DNA of 64,000 nt from assembly GCF_006345805.1 (NCBI RefSeq), contig NC_043008.1:66464001-66528000 (forward strand). Reading direction: 5' to 3'. Below, piece after piece: positions 13,268 to 25,964 of the stretch. Numbering within the stretch: the stretch's first letter is position 1; each line of letters opens with the position of its first letter. The notes beneath the pieces were generated by a model. That model saw only the letters and a program-made list of their open reading frames with translations, searched no databases and had not been told where the DNA came from. The DNA comes from Octopus sinensis. Lineage: Eukaryota. The position numbers and the translations under genes are program-made.

Positions 13268-16200
13268 GGTATCAAAAGAGTTAACTAAAAGCAATTCTTG
13301 GTTATGGAAAGATTGTTCTACCCTTTTCAAAAGGGAGAGATACATTGGATAAAGGATGCTCAGGAGAAGGACAGAAAGGTAGTAGTCATGTCTGAAATCT
13401 CTTTAAAATCATAGATATGCACTGTCAGAACTGACCTGAGGCTAAGCAATAACAACAGCTATTATTTTTCTGCTTTGAGTTTTGATAGCTTATTTCTTTG
13501 GATCTAATTAGACTTGTGGAATTTTTAATTCCCACACTAACTAGTTCTAACCAGCACTAATTAGCCTGTAATTACAATTTGTAAAAGTTTCTTATTTTAT
13601 TTTGTTTGGTAAGAAGCTACTTATTCTGTGTGGTAAGAACCAGTTACATGATTCAGGGTTCAATCCCACTGCATGGCACCTTGGGTAAGTGTCTTCTACT
13701 ATAGCTGCGGGCCGACCAAAGCCTTGAGAGTGAATCTGGTTGATGGAAACTGAAAGAAGTCCATAGGAGGAAGCATGTGTTTATATATGTATCATCATCA
13801 TTTTAACATCCTCTTTTCCATGCTTGCATGGGTTGGGTGGAGTTTAGTGAGGCAGTTTTCTACTACCACATGCCCCTCTTGTTTCCAAGCAAAGCGATAT
13901 TTTCCCATGGCCAGGCATGTCATTTTGTAGACTATTGTTTTAAATGAACATCATTCAATTCCAATCACATGATGTCAAGACAAGGAGATACAAACACTTA
14001 TAAAATTTAGGGTACAGGTAAGCATTCATCAATGCTCAGCCCTCAGTCCCCCTCCTTTTTATCATTGTCCTCCAGGCCATAACAGGAATTCAAGAAATAA
14101 AGTGAGGGCTGGTGAGAGGAAAGGCATCCAGCCATAGAATAATCTGCCCTGATGAAATTCTCTCTGACTCATGCAAGCATAGAAATTCTGCCGATAAAAC
14201 AACAATGATGATGATAATGAAACTTGATAATAACCTACAACATTCTCCCACAAGATTATCTTGGCTGCACAGGTTGATAAAGCTGACAGTGACCAACCAG
14301 GCAACCAGACTTATATGACCTCATAACAATAGCAACCACCTTGAAATTCCTGTTTGATGTGGGGTTTTTAAGCAGCTTATTGTATGAACAATAGTTATAC
14401 AGACTGGTTTTTGTTGTGTGTGATATTAGGAAAGTCTTTCAATGAGTTACATGACCTAGTTAGCACTGCACTGGACATAACCTTAATGAAAGTGACCTGT
14501 CTCATCTATGCCAGCATGGAAGAAAATAAATGTCACACTATTGATGATGGTGGTGGTTATAATGGTGAAGATGATGATACTATCTCAAGTTTTTTTTTCT
14601 TAATTTCTACCCCTGGTTGTTGCCATCTGATCTCAGTTCCCATGGCATTAAACAATTGTGATATCAACTTCCTTCGACAGGAAGACAGTCATTCATGAAA
14701 CTGTTACAGAGAATTGACAGTTTTAAAGAAGTAAGATAACCAATGAGGGAGCTACTATATAGTCATTCAATTAACTAGAAATAACAGCTAAGTCTTCTCT
14801 TTAAATCAAACTCAGATTATTTTTTAAAAAACGAATACTTTAGATAATACAATCCTACATAGTTCTGAAAAGACTAACTGGCCACAACTGAAATACCCTT
14901 GACTATAGGTCTACTCAGTAAAATCAGACCAGGAGTGGGAGCAAACAACAACAAGGTATTCATGCCAACGCACTCCTACATTTCTAGCAAGTCCCGCTAT
15001 TAAGTCACATTAGATAAATATTTGGATAAGGTACTGTGTGTTTAAGATGTTCACTTTGGGACCATGTGGTTAGCAGTTCAGTCCCACTGCATGGAAGCTG
15101 TGTCTTTTACTATAGTTGTGAGCTGACTAATATGTTGTGAGTTGAAATCAGCTGAAAACTGGAAGAAGCCCATTGTATGTGTATGCATGTAAACATGTCC
15201 GGGTTTCTTGACTGTTGCAAACGGCTGGATTTATGAAATGGTGTTCTTTGGTTGGAGCTCTCTGTGAAAGTGTATCTTGGCTGTTCATTGTTCAATAGAC
15301 TAGGATGATTGTTACCATACTTGGAAACAGGAGACAGCTGGCATCAGGAAAGGTGTCCCATCCCACCATAGAAAACTCTTTCTTCATGTACTCTGATCCT
15401 GGCTCATGTAAGCAGATAAAAGATCATCGTTATCATCAATGTCTGCTGTCCTATGCTGTTATGATTTGGAAAAGTTATCACAGTCTGACTTAGTTCTTAT
15501 CAAATTATGACTTGGGGGATTTGTGGTGCTTGTTCATACACTGCTAGACAAAATCTTAAGACGAGTGAAAAAATTGCTAAAATGAACTCCTTGTCAATCA
15601 TCAAACTGGATTAAGGCGCTTATAGATGCAGAATGCAGCTCAAGGACGATAAGACATTTGAGAGAGAGAGAGAGAGGCTTTAAATGCTAAACATTTCTTT
15701 AGGTTTATGTATATCTTTTTCTATTTGCCATTAATGAATACATAATGAAAAATAGTCAAATATATCGGTCATCAAGGAGTTAATTTCAGCAGGATTTTTC
15801 ACTGGTCTTAAGATTTTGTATACTTTCCAAATGTGGTATGACTTCTCATGCCAGCCACTTTACAGAGCACACTGGCTGCTTGCTTTTTCATGTGGCACCA
15901 GCACACTAGGGAAGTTTTGTTCCTGGCAACACTAAAATCTTCATCTAGCAGCAGGTATTTAAAGGGAAAAATTTGACAAGTCAGTCAGTCACCGGCTGAC
16001 ACTTGCTGACGATACATCGAAGAGGCCAGGGAACAGAAGAAAGAAGACATGCACCCAACACCAGAGCTGAAGACACCTCCGAAAGGGAGGGCCCCGCCAC
16101 GTCAAAACGGTAGAGGAGTTTGGGCCAAAACCGGACGTGGTTCCTCCTGATGATGTCTTGAGCTAACTGGACCCTATAAAGGAGCTGCTGTGGTAGCAGA

Positions 16201-16309
16201 CCACGAAACACAGTTGTAATTCCTTCCTGTACATTCAAGACAATGTGACTAAAACATTAAATCAGTGGTTGGAATTCCTTTTCAAAATCTGAGATCTAAA
16301 TCATTAGTA

Positions 16310-16665
16310 TACAGGACTTCTTATAAACAGCTGGTCTTACACACCTCTGTTATAGTCAAGAGGACTATATTGGAATTGGTGAGAACAGAGCATCAGGCCA
16401 TGGTTGATGTGCACTAAATTTGCTGCTGAATTCATTGTCAGTTCTCACCTTGGTAACGGCATCTGCGCACATGACCTACCTGGCTCTTACAAGCCATCCA
16501 TCAGTTTCCTTTTGCTGCTAACCATTAAGATGCAGAATTCAGAACTCAGTCAAAGGCTTTCTTCAAGTTGATGAGTATAAGCTGTAGTGGCTTACTCTTA
16601 ACCAAAGTACTTCTCCTGTTGTTGTCTCAGACAACAATTGCCTCTGACCTGAAGCCGAAATGTTA
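16310..16665 (-). mobile_element. Heavily decayed RTE-type LINE reverse-transcriptase fragment
   Basis: The minus strand retains remnants resembling FGF..., QQQEKY, NLKKAFD, D-WLVRA, DAVTKVR and SVLSP. Confidence 0.7.
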
Positions 16666-17395
16666 TTGCAAATGTTACAATTTACAGAATTAGTCTACCC
16701 ACATGATTTAGATTCATAGTTATGTCACACAATACTCCTGGGGGTGGAAAATAAAGTATGAACCGTTACACAATATAAAACATTATTTCATGCCTTGTGT
16801 TCATCTAAGAGACAATGAAGCTATATATAAAAGCATTATATGGACATACATACATAGGTATGCATATATATATATATATATATATAATTACATGTGTATT
16901 GGTGAGTTAGGAGTGTATAGCACACATTAGATGGCACCAGAAAAACCAATTGTTAGCGCTCTGCTAAAAGTAAGTCACACAACCCACTCTCACTCTGTCT
17001 CTCTTTCTCTCACACACACTCACACACACACACATCATGTGAAATATAGCAACAATTGTCTTGTGATAGTGATGGAGCTAGAAGTATTAGTAGTATCAGT
17101 GGTACTTTAAGTTGTACTATTAGTGTTTGTGATTATGTGTGTGTGTGAGAGGGAGAGGGAGAGGGAGGAAAAGAGATAGTGAGGTTGGGAACAAAACAGA
17201 GGACTTTAAGCCTATGTTGTACACACATGCATACATGCTAACAATATCAGGGAATGGCCATTCCTCTGTTTTCCGTCATATTTCACCACCACCACCACCA
17301 CCACTTCCTTGCAAAGCATCGCACCAACTGCGTAGATATGATATTATGTAATTTAGAGTTTCCAGTTCAGAGACAGAAAGGATTTCAGCCTTCTG

Positions 17396-17491
<96 letters not shown>

Positions 17492-17494
<3 letters not shown>

Positions 17495-18113
17495 TGTGCA
17501 ATGGGTCAATTGTCGCCATTTTATACTTTTAATTTCGTGCATGCACATTGTTTGTTTTTGAATTTGTCAACTACACAGTATAGTAGGGTCAGTTGGGCAC
17601 CGTCTGTGAGAAAAACGGTACCGTGATACAATTCACTCTGTCAGAAATTTGGAGACAACATGCTGTACTGCTTGGCATTCATCCCAGAAGCTCCAATACA
17701 AACATTTCAGAGTGTTTGGGTATCAATCTGAGAGTTTGCCATGTTCCAAAACATATACCAAGAGTGGTAAAAATCAAACATCCAGTCAACATCACAGTGT
17801 TTGGAATGATCAGTAGTGATGGCAATGTTTTACCTCCATTCATCTTTCACGTGGCCTCAGACTCTACACAGAGGCCTACATCAAGTGCCTGGAGGAGATA
17901 GTGCTGCCCTGGGTAAAAAAGGTAGCTGCTGGAAGACCCCCATGTCTGGCTATCAGACAATTTCTGTGACCACATCACCCCTAACATCTGGCCATCTAAC
18001 TCCCCAGACTGCAACCCCCTTGACGTTTATGAGTGGGGCACAGTTGAGCAAGAGACCGACAAAACTCCTTGTAACACCAAAGAGGAACTGAAAACAAGGA
18101 TTATGGCAGTATT
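17492..18113 (+). mobile_element. Decayed Tc1/mariner-superfamily element
   Basis: TIR-like cagtgtgcaatgggtcaattgtcgcc. Fragments such as KHPVNITVFGMISSDGNVLPPFIF, a decayed WPPNSPDCNPLD motif and the TKEELKTRIMA tail; same family as 52957-53836. Confidence 0.85.
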
Positions 18114-18900
18114 AACTAAAATTCTGTCTGCTTTGATAATTAGCAGTGACCAAGTCACTGCTAATTATCAGAGCAAACATAACCTAAGTTTGAAGTGGGT
18201 TCTAGAGACATGCTTTAACAAAAGCTACTGGGTCCCTCACTCTGCCAATGATCTTCCAGCACATCAGACACCAGCCTGAAATTTCTGAGGGCCCATACTA
18301 TTGCTAGATAGTCGTTGAACCAACACTAGATTCATCTATCTTTTTGACAGGTCTTGTTTTTAGTCTGGCTGGGTTTCTAGCAACCCTCATCACCAGGTAA
18401 GCCTAGTGGAAGTGCCAGTTTAGTTGCTGACAACCCAACCATACAACAATTGTACTGGATTCCATGTTACTAGTAGCACTCATGAGAGACCTCACAAATG
18501 ATATGACACTTATATAAGGTTCCATAATGCTGATAATACAGCCCTGCATACTGGTGATTATTGGGAAGAGAAAGAGATTCAAATCAATAAAATATATCAT
18601 GGGTTGTTTTGAACTGTACTTCTTGCGGCTAGATGGACTGGGCCTCTAGAGAGTTAATTATCTGGCTATAGACACAGCACAGTGCCAATGATAAGATGTA
18701 AAGCAAAATTCCTTCAGTTGGTATTCCAACACTTTGTTTTGACTACTTTCCTTGAAATAGCAATCTCTTACATCTGATCTTGTGAGACGGTCACAAGGAA
18801 GTACAGTATGCCTGGTCCCTAGATCCTAAGCTCTACTCTGTTTGTGTTAAGTTTTATTGCCAACTGTGTCACCATTCTTGAAAGGTTCAATTCCTACTGA

Positions 18901-19077
<177 letters not shown>

Positions 19078-19411
19078 TGACTTTTCCATTTATCTTCCTC
19101 TGCCTTTTCCTCATTTCTTTCTTTTTATTATTGTTATTGTCATTATTAAGATGTGGCAGACAAAATGCCTTGTATTTAGTTATATTTCTTCAAGCACATC
19201 TTTTGTCTTTCTGCAGTTAATGAAATAAAGTACTAAAGTATTTGTTATATAGAATACTGTTCCATGAAGGTAAGGTCAACACAAAGAGTATTCCATTTGG
19301 TGAGAGATAAATATTGTTTAATGAAAACAGTATATATTTTAATAAGCTACTAATGAAAACAACACAGACAGCATTTTATTACTCTTCTGGAGCCTTCATG
19401 CAATCTTCAGG

Positions 19412-19444
<33 letters not shown>

Positions 19445-19449
<5 letters not shown>

Positions 19450-19648
19450 AATGAAATAAATGAAAAACAGGACACAAAGGATGTTGCGGTACATATGTTT
19501 CGATGCAATTACATGCGGCTGAAGAGGGCTTTTGAACTATCTGTTATGTTGATTATGCATTGATGTAAGAATAAGTTGTTCTATAAAGCTCGAAACATAT
19601 GTACCGCAACATCCTTTGTGTCCTGTTTTTCATTTATTTCATTTGATA
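19445..19648. repeat. Perfect 59-bp inverted repeat enclosing the hammerhead
   Basis: 19445-19503 (tatcaaatgaaataaatgaaaaacaggacacaaaggatgttgcggtacatatgtttcga) is the exact reverse complement of 19590-19648; preceded by (TA)n. Confidence 0.92.
19514..19608 (+). ncRNA. Type I hammerhead ribozyme motif (Penelope-like-element style)
   Basis: Helix I TGCGG(19514-18)/CCGCA(19604-08); core CTGAAGA(19519-25); helix II GGGCTTT(19526-32)/AAAGCTC(19585-91) with a 52-nt loop; GAAA(19592-95); minimal helix III in palindromic ACATATGT; GUA triplet with predicted cleavage after 19603. Confidence 0.75.
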
Positions 19649-21469
19649 CATATATTCTCTCACCTATGCTACTAGCTGGCATATACAGGTGCTTACATTT
19701 ATCAAGTATTCACCCTGAATTTACTATATATATATATATGTCTGTATAGATAGTGAATTGGCATAATCATTGGTGCATTAGACAGAATGCTTCACAGTAC
19801 TTGTTCTGACTCTCTGCACTTTGTGTTCAAACCCCACTGAGATCAACTCTACCTTTCATCCTTTAGGGATTAAAAAAAATGTGATAATCCAATTCAATCA
19901 AAACAATGACAGTTGCTAAAGTCATGACCAAGATTCCAAGAACATGGTTTCGGATGCTGATTGATTCTGTCTTATCTAAGACCATTTTATCTGGAACAGT
20001 GTGCAGTAGGCCTAACAGAGTAGCAATGAATTCAATCATTGTTACTAATAAAGTCTCAGTGATAAAAAGTAAGTCTGCAAAATAACACATGCACTGGTAA
20101 ATGTACACTTTCAAATGAGCTATAACTAACTCAAGCTTACAATCTCACAAGTCACTATGAACTTAGTCACGTCTACAGTTAACTGAATAGTATGTAGCGC
20201 AGACCACAGCGAGGAGGTATATGGGACAGGAACTCTACATGTATCACATGTCAGGTCACTCACTCCCACTAGGCTGGCGTGACTGACAAGGAAATGTTGT
20301 CTTTATAACCATGTTGCTTTAAACTTATATTCATTAAGTTCATAGAAAAATGCTTCCAATTTCTGGGAGTGACATCACTGAACACTTATATTTCCTCTCA
20401 TCTATATATATGTGTGTGTATTGTAAATTTATGCATAAAAACTATAGGCGAAAAAATCAAGGTCTTAAAAATATATATTAACATTTACATCAATGGCTGC
20501 AGAAGGTCGCATGTGGCCTTAAGGCCGCAGATTCCCCATCCCTGCTCTAGGCCAATCATAAAACTTTGAGTGGGTTTGGTAGATAGAAGCTAAAAGAAGC
20601 TCATCAGATCGTATTTGTATTTGTGTTTGTATCTTCTCGGTTTCAAATAGCATGATAGTTGTAAATGTGTATCATTGTCACACAAACAACTATTCATTTC
20701 CAATATTCTGTGGAAACCTGTCAGGCCAAGAGGAAAATTTTACCTTGCTCGGAAACCGTTGAGGGGAGTCAACAGGAAGGGCATCCAGCTGTAGGAAATC
20801 TAACTCACTACACTTTGTCTGACCTATGCAGATATGGAAAGTTGGACATTGAAATGGTGATGAGGAGGAGGAAGAGGACAATGAAAGTCTGAATCAGTAG
20901 AATACCAGATAAAATCCTGTTGTATGTCCCTATATGTTATTGGTTCAAATCCAATCAAGGTCATCTTTATTTTCCATACTTCCAAGTTCAATAGTTTATT
21001 AGTCAAGGCCTCAAGTTCAAGGTTTGTCATTCGAATCAGTTATACTTCTGTCCACTTTATCACTCGCTCCCCATCCCACCCCGCTCCACCTTACACCCAT
21101 TTTGCGGTTAAATTTGAAACTCGCATTTATATATTATTACATTTTACATTCGATTTGTCATTGTAATATGAAAAAAATTGGTCTAACTCAAGGTAATTAT
21201 TTTACAAGTAGATTTCCTTAACTATTCAAGTGTGACATTAAAGTGAGACTTGTTTTATCACTAAAGCTTACTGTTATGTCAAACCTTGCTGAGGAGCATA
21301 AAAGCAGGTTTTAAGTTATAACTGGTCTGTATTAAGGCAGTTATTTTAAAAGTGTTTATTCATTAACTGCTATTAACTATTCGAGTGTAACATTTTAAAC
21401 TATCTTAACATCACAACCATCAAAACTGTTGATAACAATAAGGATGTGCTTATATGTACATATATAAAG

Positions 21470-21670
21470 TTAATCCAAACATGGAAACACAAAGAGAAAA
21501 CGCAACAATGCGAGGACGTGGAACAAGTATAGTGTTATTGGACGCTCAGGAAGGAAAGAAAGAAGGAGGATTTAATGTTTCGAGCGGAGCTCTTCATCAG
21601 AAACATAAAGGAAAGGTCCAAGGAAGGGAAGACGGAGGAAAAAATCACCAACGATACACACGGGGTCTAA
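21470..21670 (-). mobile_element. Short repeat with a degenerate minimal hammerhead core (probable Penelope-like remnant)
   Basis: Minus strand 21604-21570 reads GTTT-CTGATGA-A-GAGC-tcc-GCTC-GAAA-C-ATT-AAAT. Core and helix II are intact; helix III has a C-A mismatch where C-G is expected. Confidence 0.5.
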
Positions 21671-23146
21671 GTCTTTCCTATAAAAGGAATTTATAGTATC
21701 AACTGCCAAAATGTATATTACACTGTGTAACAAGATTTTTTATTTTTATTTTTGTCTTTGGTTAGTAAGTGTTATTTCCTATTTGTTTCAATCAAAGGAA
21801 ATGACTACTATTCCCTTCAAACTTTGCTTTTGTAATTTGGACATCAATGTTTTGAAACTGACCTATTTTTCACAACATTTCAGACAAATTGAGCATATCC
21901 CTTAGTGGCTGACAATGTGTGTACATCTCTGATCATGAACAGGAGAAGTTCGAGAACATCATAGCCATGTGTTGAGAGGGATTCTTTGGGGTTTGAACAA
22001 ATGTGACAAAAATAAAGTTTGAAGGAAATATCAGCCATTTTTCATACTTTCTATGGGTAAGCAAATAGGAAATAACAGCTGCTTCCCAAGGACAAAAATC
22101 GTGTTACACAGTGTTATTCATTCTGACATGGTGTGTAGTTAAGAAGTTCATTTTGTAACAACCACAGTTTGGATTTGGTGCCACCGCATACTGCTTTGGG
22201 CAAATGTCTTCTACTATAACCCCAGGCTGACTGATGCCTTGTGAGTGTCTTTGGTAAACTGTATGGAAGCTCTCATCATTAACACCCTCTTGTCTGCTAG
22301 CATTCTTATTGCTCTGCCATATCTGCTATTGACACCATTCCCCTTCCCCTGCATTTGTTTCCCCATTCTCTATAGCCAACTTTATATGCCTCTGACATTC
22401 ATCTGTCATTGTACATCTCACTTTCCCACCATCTATTTCTTTACTACCGACAAGGGGCTAAACATAGAGAGGGCAAACAAGGACAGACAAACAGATTAAG
22501 TCGATTACATCGGCCCCAGTGCATAACTGGTACTTATTTAATCGACCCCGAAAGTCGACCTCGGCAGAATTTGAACTCAGGACGTAACGACAGACGGAAT
22601 ACCGCTAAGCATTCCACCCAGCGCGCTAACGTTTCTGCCAGCTCATCCACAAGGTGTATATACAGTCCTCTTATTAAGAGACGTTAGAATAAGAACAGAG
22701 ATAGAAATTACCCAAATGAATGCATACAATTCTCAAGAGAACCGACGCTTGATCAAAAGCTTGTAGTGTCAATGCTGTAATACCTTTCAATGTTGTTCAT
22801 ATCACTTGAATTATCCATGGCTGATTTGGAACATAAGCAAAAAGTTCGTTTTTACATAAATGACGTTTCAAGCCAAGTAAAGTTGTTGCCATCCATGCAT
22901 ACATAAAGCCTCTCCTTTACAGGTGCCGGTGTCATCTAACATGCGCGTGTATTAATGTTGTGTAAACGTACCCATGCTGGTGGCACATAAAAAGCACCCA
23001 GCACACTCTGTAAAATAGTCAGCATTAGGAAGGGCGTCAAGCCATAGAAACTGTGTCACAAAAGACAATTGGACTTCGGATAACACCCCTGCTGGCCAGC
23101 ACTTGTCAAACCGTCTGACCATGCCAGCATGGAAAACAGACTTTAA

Positions 23147-24225
23147 CCCTTTCGTTACCAAACCGCCCGAAAAAAATTTTGGTTAATGTGACCAAGCCGC
23201 CCCAAACCGCCCGAATTTACCTATTCATATTTAAATGAGAATATCAGAGTAAATCTCTTTAGTACATTCATGAAAACACGTATTATACTTCGTAAACAGT
23301 TCAACTACAGTTTTGTACAAAAATCGAAGTGTAATTTTAATTCCGTGAATTATGGGAGATTTTTTTCCGAAATTTGTTCCTATTGTGTTTTCAAAATTTG
23401 TAATTCTGACAAAAAATGGATACGAATTTCATTATATCAAGCAGCGAGTCAGAATTCGAAGGATTTTCTACTGAAGACCTTCATAAATCTAACTCTATGA
23501 CTGAAAGAAAAAAAAGCATGTGGTATTTGATAATGAATCTGATGTTTCATTTTCCGAAAGTGAAAACAGTGAATCTGAGAGCTCCGACAGCGATAAAGAA
23601 AATGAATTGGCACCTGAATGGAGTGAAAATTTAAAAACTGTTTCTTTCGGTGATTTTTCTGAAGAAACTGGACCAAGCCACAGACTTTCCCAGAAGAGTA
23701 AAGCCTTAAACTATTTCTTTTTACTTTTTCGAATGAGCCTATTTGAAATCATTACGGCGGAAACGAACCGTTACGCTAAACATAAACAAAGCAAAAGAAA
23801 GGATAGTTTGTTATTTCCCACAACCTTAAATGAAATTAAGGCCTGTTTTGCCATAAATATTATTATGGGTATCAGAAAGTTACCCAGAATAACAAATTCT
23901 ATCGTAAAATTTTGTTGTATACCCAATTGAATATTAGCTAATAACCCATTTTCTATAGCGATGTTTGAACAAAATTTTTATAATTTTATATATTGTTGAA
24001 TTTACCTGTATCTACCTGCAATTAGAGTCACTTTGTGACAAAAATTATAGTATAGAATTGGTTGAGAACATTTCATTAAATTATCTTCCAAAATTCATGT
24101 TAATATATTGATAAATAAAAAAGTTATAGTTGTTTAATGAAACCAGACTAAATTTATGATTACGTTAGAAATTAATTGAAACACATAAGGGGTGTATTTT
24201 GGTCAGAAATATAGTAACGAAAGGG
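23147..24225 (+). mobile_element. Internally deleted piggyBac (PGBD-type) transposon
   Basis: TTAA at 23143-46 and 24226-29; perfect 12-bp TIR CCCTTTCGTTAC/GTAACGAAAGGG. Residual N-terminal transposase: acidic stretch, then FFLLF...IITAETNRYA...TTLNEIKACFAINIIMGIRKLP (ORFs 23416 and 23520, frameshifted); the DDD domain is missing. Confidence 0.92.
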
Positions 24226-24496
24226 TTAAATGATGACGATGAGAGTGATGCCACTGGTGCCGGAAAGTTTTGGATTTAAATATGAATACTTTAAGACAGC
24301 CAATTTAGAATACTCTTTACTCTTTTACAATTTTACTTGTTTCAGTCATTTGACTGTGGCCATGCTGGAGCACCGCCTTTAGTCGAGCAAATCGACACTA
24401 CACTTATTCTATCGATCTCTTTTGCCAAACTGCCAAGTTACAGGACATAAACACACCAGCATCGGTTGTCAAGCAATGTTGGGGGGACTAACACAG

Positions 24497-24541
<45 letters not shown>

Positions 24542-24851
24542 ACAGGCTTCTTTCAGTTTCCATCTACCAAATCCACTCACAAGGCTTTGGTCGGCCTGAG
24601 GCTATGGTAGAAGACACTTGCCCAAGGTGCCACGCAGTGGGACTGAACCCGGAACCGTGTAGCTGGTAAGCAAATGACTTACCATACAGCCAGTCCTATG
24701 CCTATTTCTAGTATCTCTAGAAACAGAGATGGTTTTGGAGCGATTCATATTTCCTATCATATATTTTGTGCTTTCTAGAACCATCTTCGAAAATGATAGT
24801 TTTTGACCTAAAATCAACAGATGTTTCAGTTTCATTTTTCTTATTTCACAG

Positions 24852-24975
24852 CCAGAAAATATCCTCATGGTAAACCAGACAAGTCAGAGAATCAAGTTGA
24901 TAGACTTTGGATTGTCACGGAAATTAAAACCTGGCATTGATAGTCGTGCCATGATGGGAACTGCTGAATTTGTTG
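24852..24975 (+). CDS. DAPK: DAPK-family kinase, coding exon C (PEN, DFG, activation segment)
   Basis: atttcacag acceptor and gtgagt donor; 124 nt, phase 0-1. Translates PENILMVNQTSQRIKLIDFGLSRKLKPGIDSRAMMGTAEFV(A). Confidence 0.96.
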
Positions 24976-25099
24976 GTGAGTTCTTACATTTTATTCAATT
25001 TATTAAATTTTTGTTAACCCTTTACCATTCAGATTATTCTGTCAAATGTAATGCTTGGCACCAATGCAAAGTGCCACGTAAGAAGCACTGATGTTAGTG

Positions 25100-25405
25100 T
25101 GGAGGCACATGGCCTAGTGGTTAGAGCAGCAGACTCGCGGTAGAGGGATCGCGGGTTCGAATCTCAGATCGGACGATATATGTGTGTTTATGAGCGAAAC
25201 ACCTAAGCTCCACACGGCTCCGGCAGAAGGTAATGGCGAAACTTCTGCTGACTCTTTCGCCACAACTTTCTCTCACTCTTTCCTCCTGCATCTTGCAGCT
25301 CACCTGCAATGGACCGGCGTCCCGTCCAGGTGGGGAACCTATACGCCAAAAAACCGGGAAACCGGCCCTTATGAGCCAGGCATGGCTCGAGAAGGAACAA
25401 ACAAC
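25100..25405 (+). mobile_element. SINE family D (tRNA head + V-domain-like core). Others at about 3080(-), 7820 and 59970(-)
   Basis: A/B-box head ggcctagtggttagagc...gggttcgaatc; core atggaccggcgtcccgtccaggtg resembles the V-SINE domain. Confidence 0.8.
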
Positions 25406-25964
25406 ACTGATGTTAGTGCCATGTAAAAAGCACTGATGTTGGTGCCATGATGAGGTATGGCTATAATGGGCTGGCTGGATTATAAAAGTCTGGCTAGTAT
25501 TTATCTGTCTTGATGTTATTCTCTTGGCTTTGCTTCAAGCAATGAACACTTTGAAAGGGATTAAAAGGGAGCATTAGAAATAAGTACTAAATCAGACAGA
25601 TACACCACCTATACTCATAAATAAAATCACAGCCACCTACAGACACCAACACATACACCTACGCATATAACTCCACATATGCACGCATACACAAAAACAC
25701 TAATTCCTACACATCCACACTCACATTGACTTATAGCCATGAAAGTATATACATACACATCTATACATATAATGATGCAAAGGAAACAAACACAAACACA
25801 CGCACACAGCAACATTCTAAATTTTATGTAACAATTACGAGTTATTGATTTCTGTGAAATGCTGATATAGTTTAAATCATAGCACCATAGTGAAATAAAT
25901 TTACTTCTCTCTCTCTCTCTCTCTAGTTTGTAAATGGTCTATCTTCCTATTGCTCTTTATTACA

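Noticed and set aside
16060-16225. CTGAAGA/CTGATGA...CGAAA hammerhead-like words
   Set aside because: Helix II does not close and helix I cannot form. The CTGATGA words at about 2368, 20602(-), 45806 and 49359(-) were rejected for similar reasons (no properly placed GAAA).
25100-25175. tRNA-like sequence with A and B boxes
   Set aside because: No complete acceptor stem, and it continues into a multi-copy SINE body; a SINE head, not a tRNA gene.
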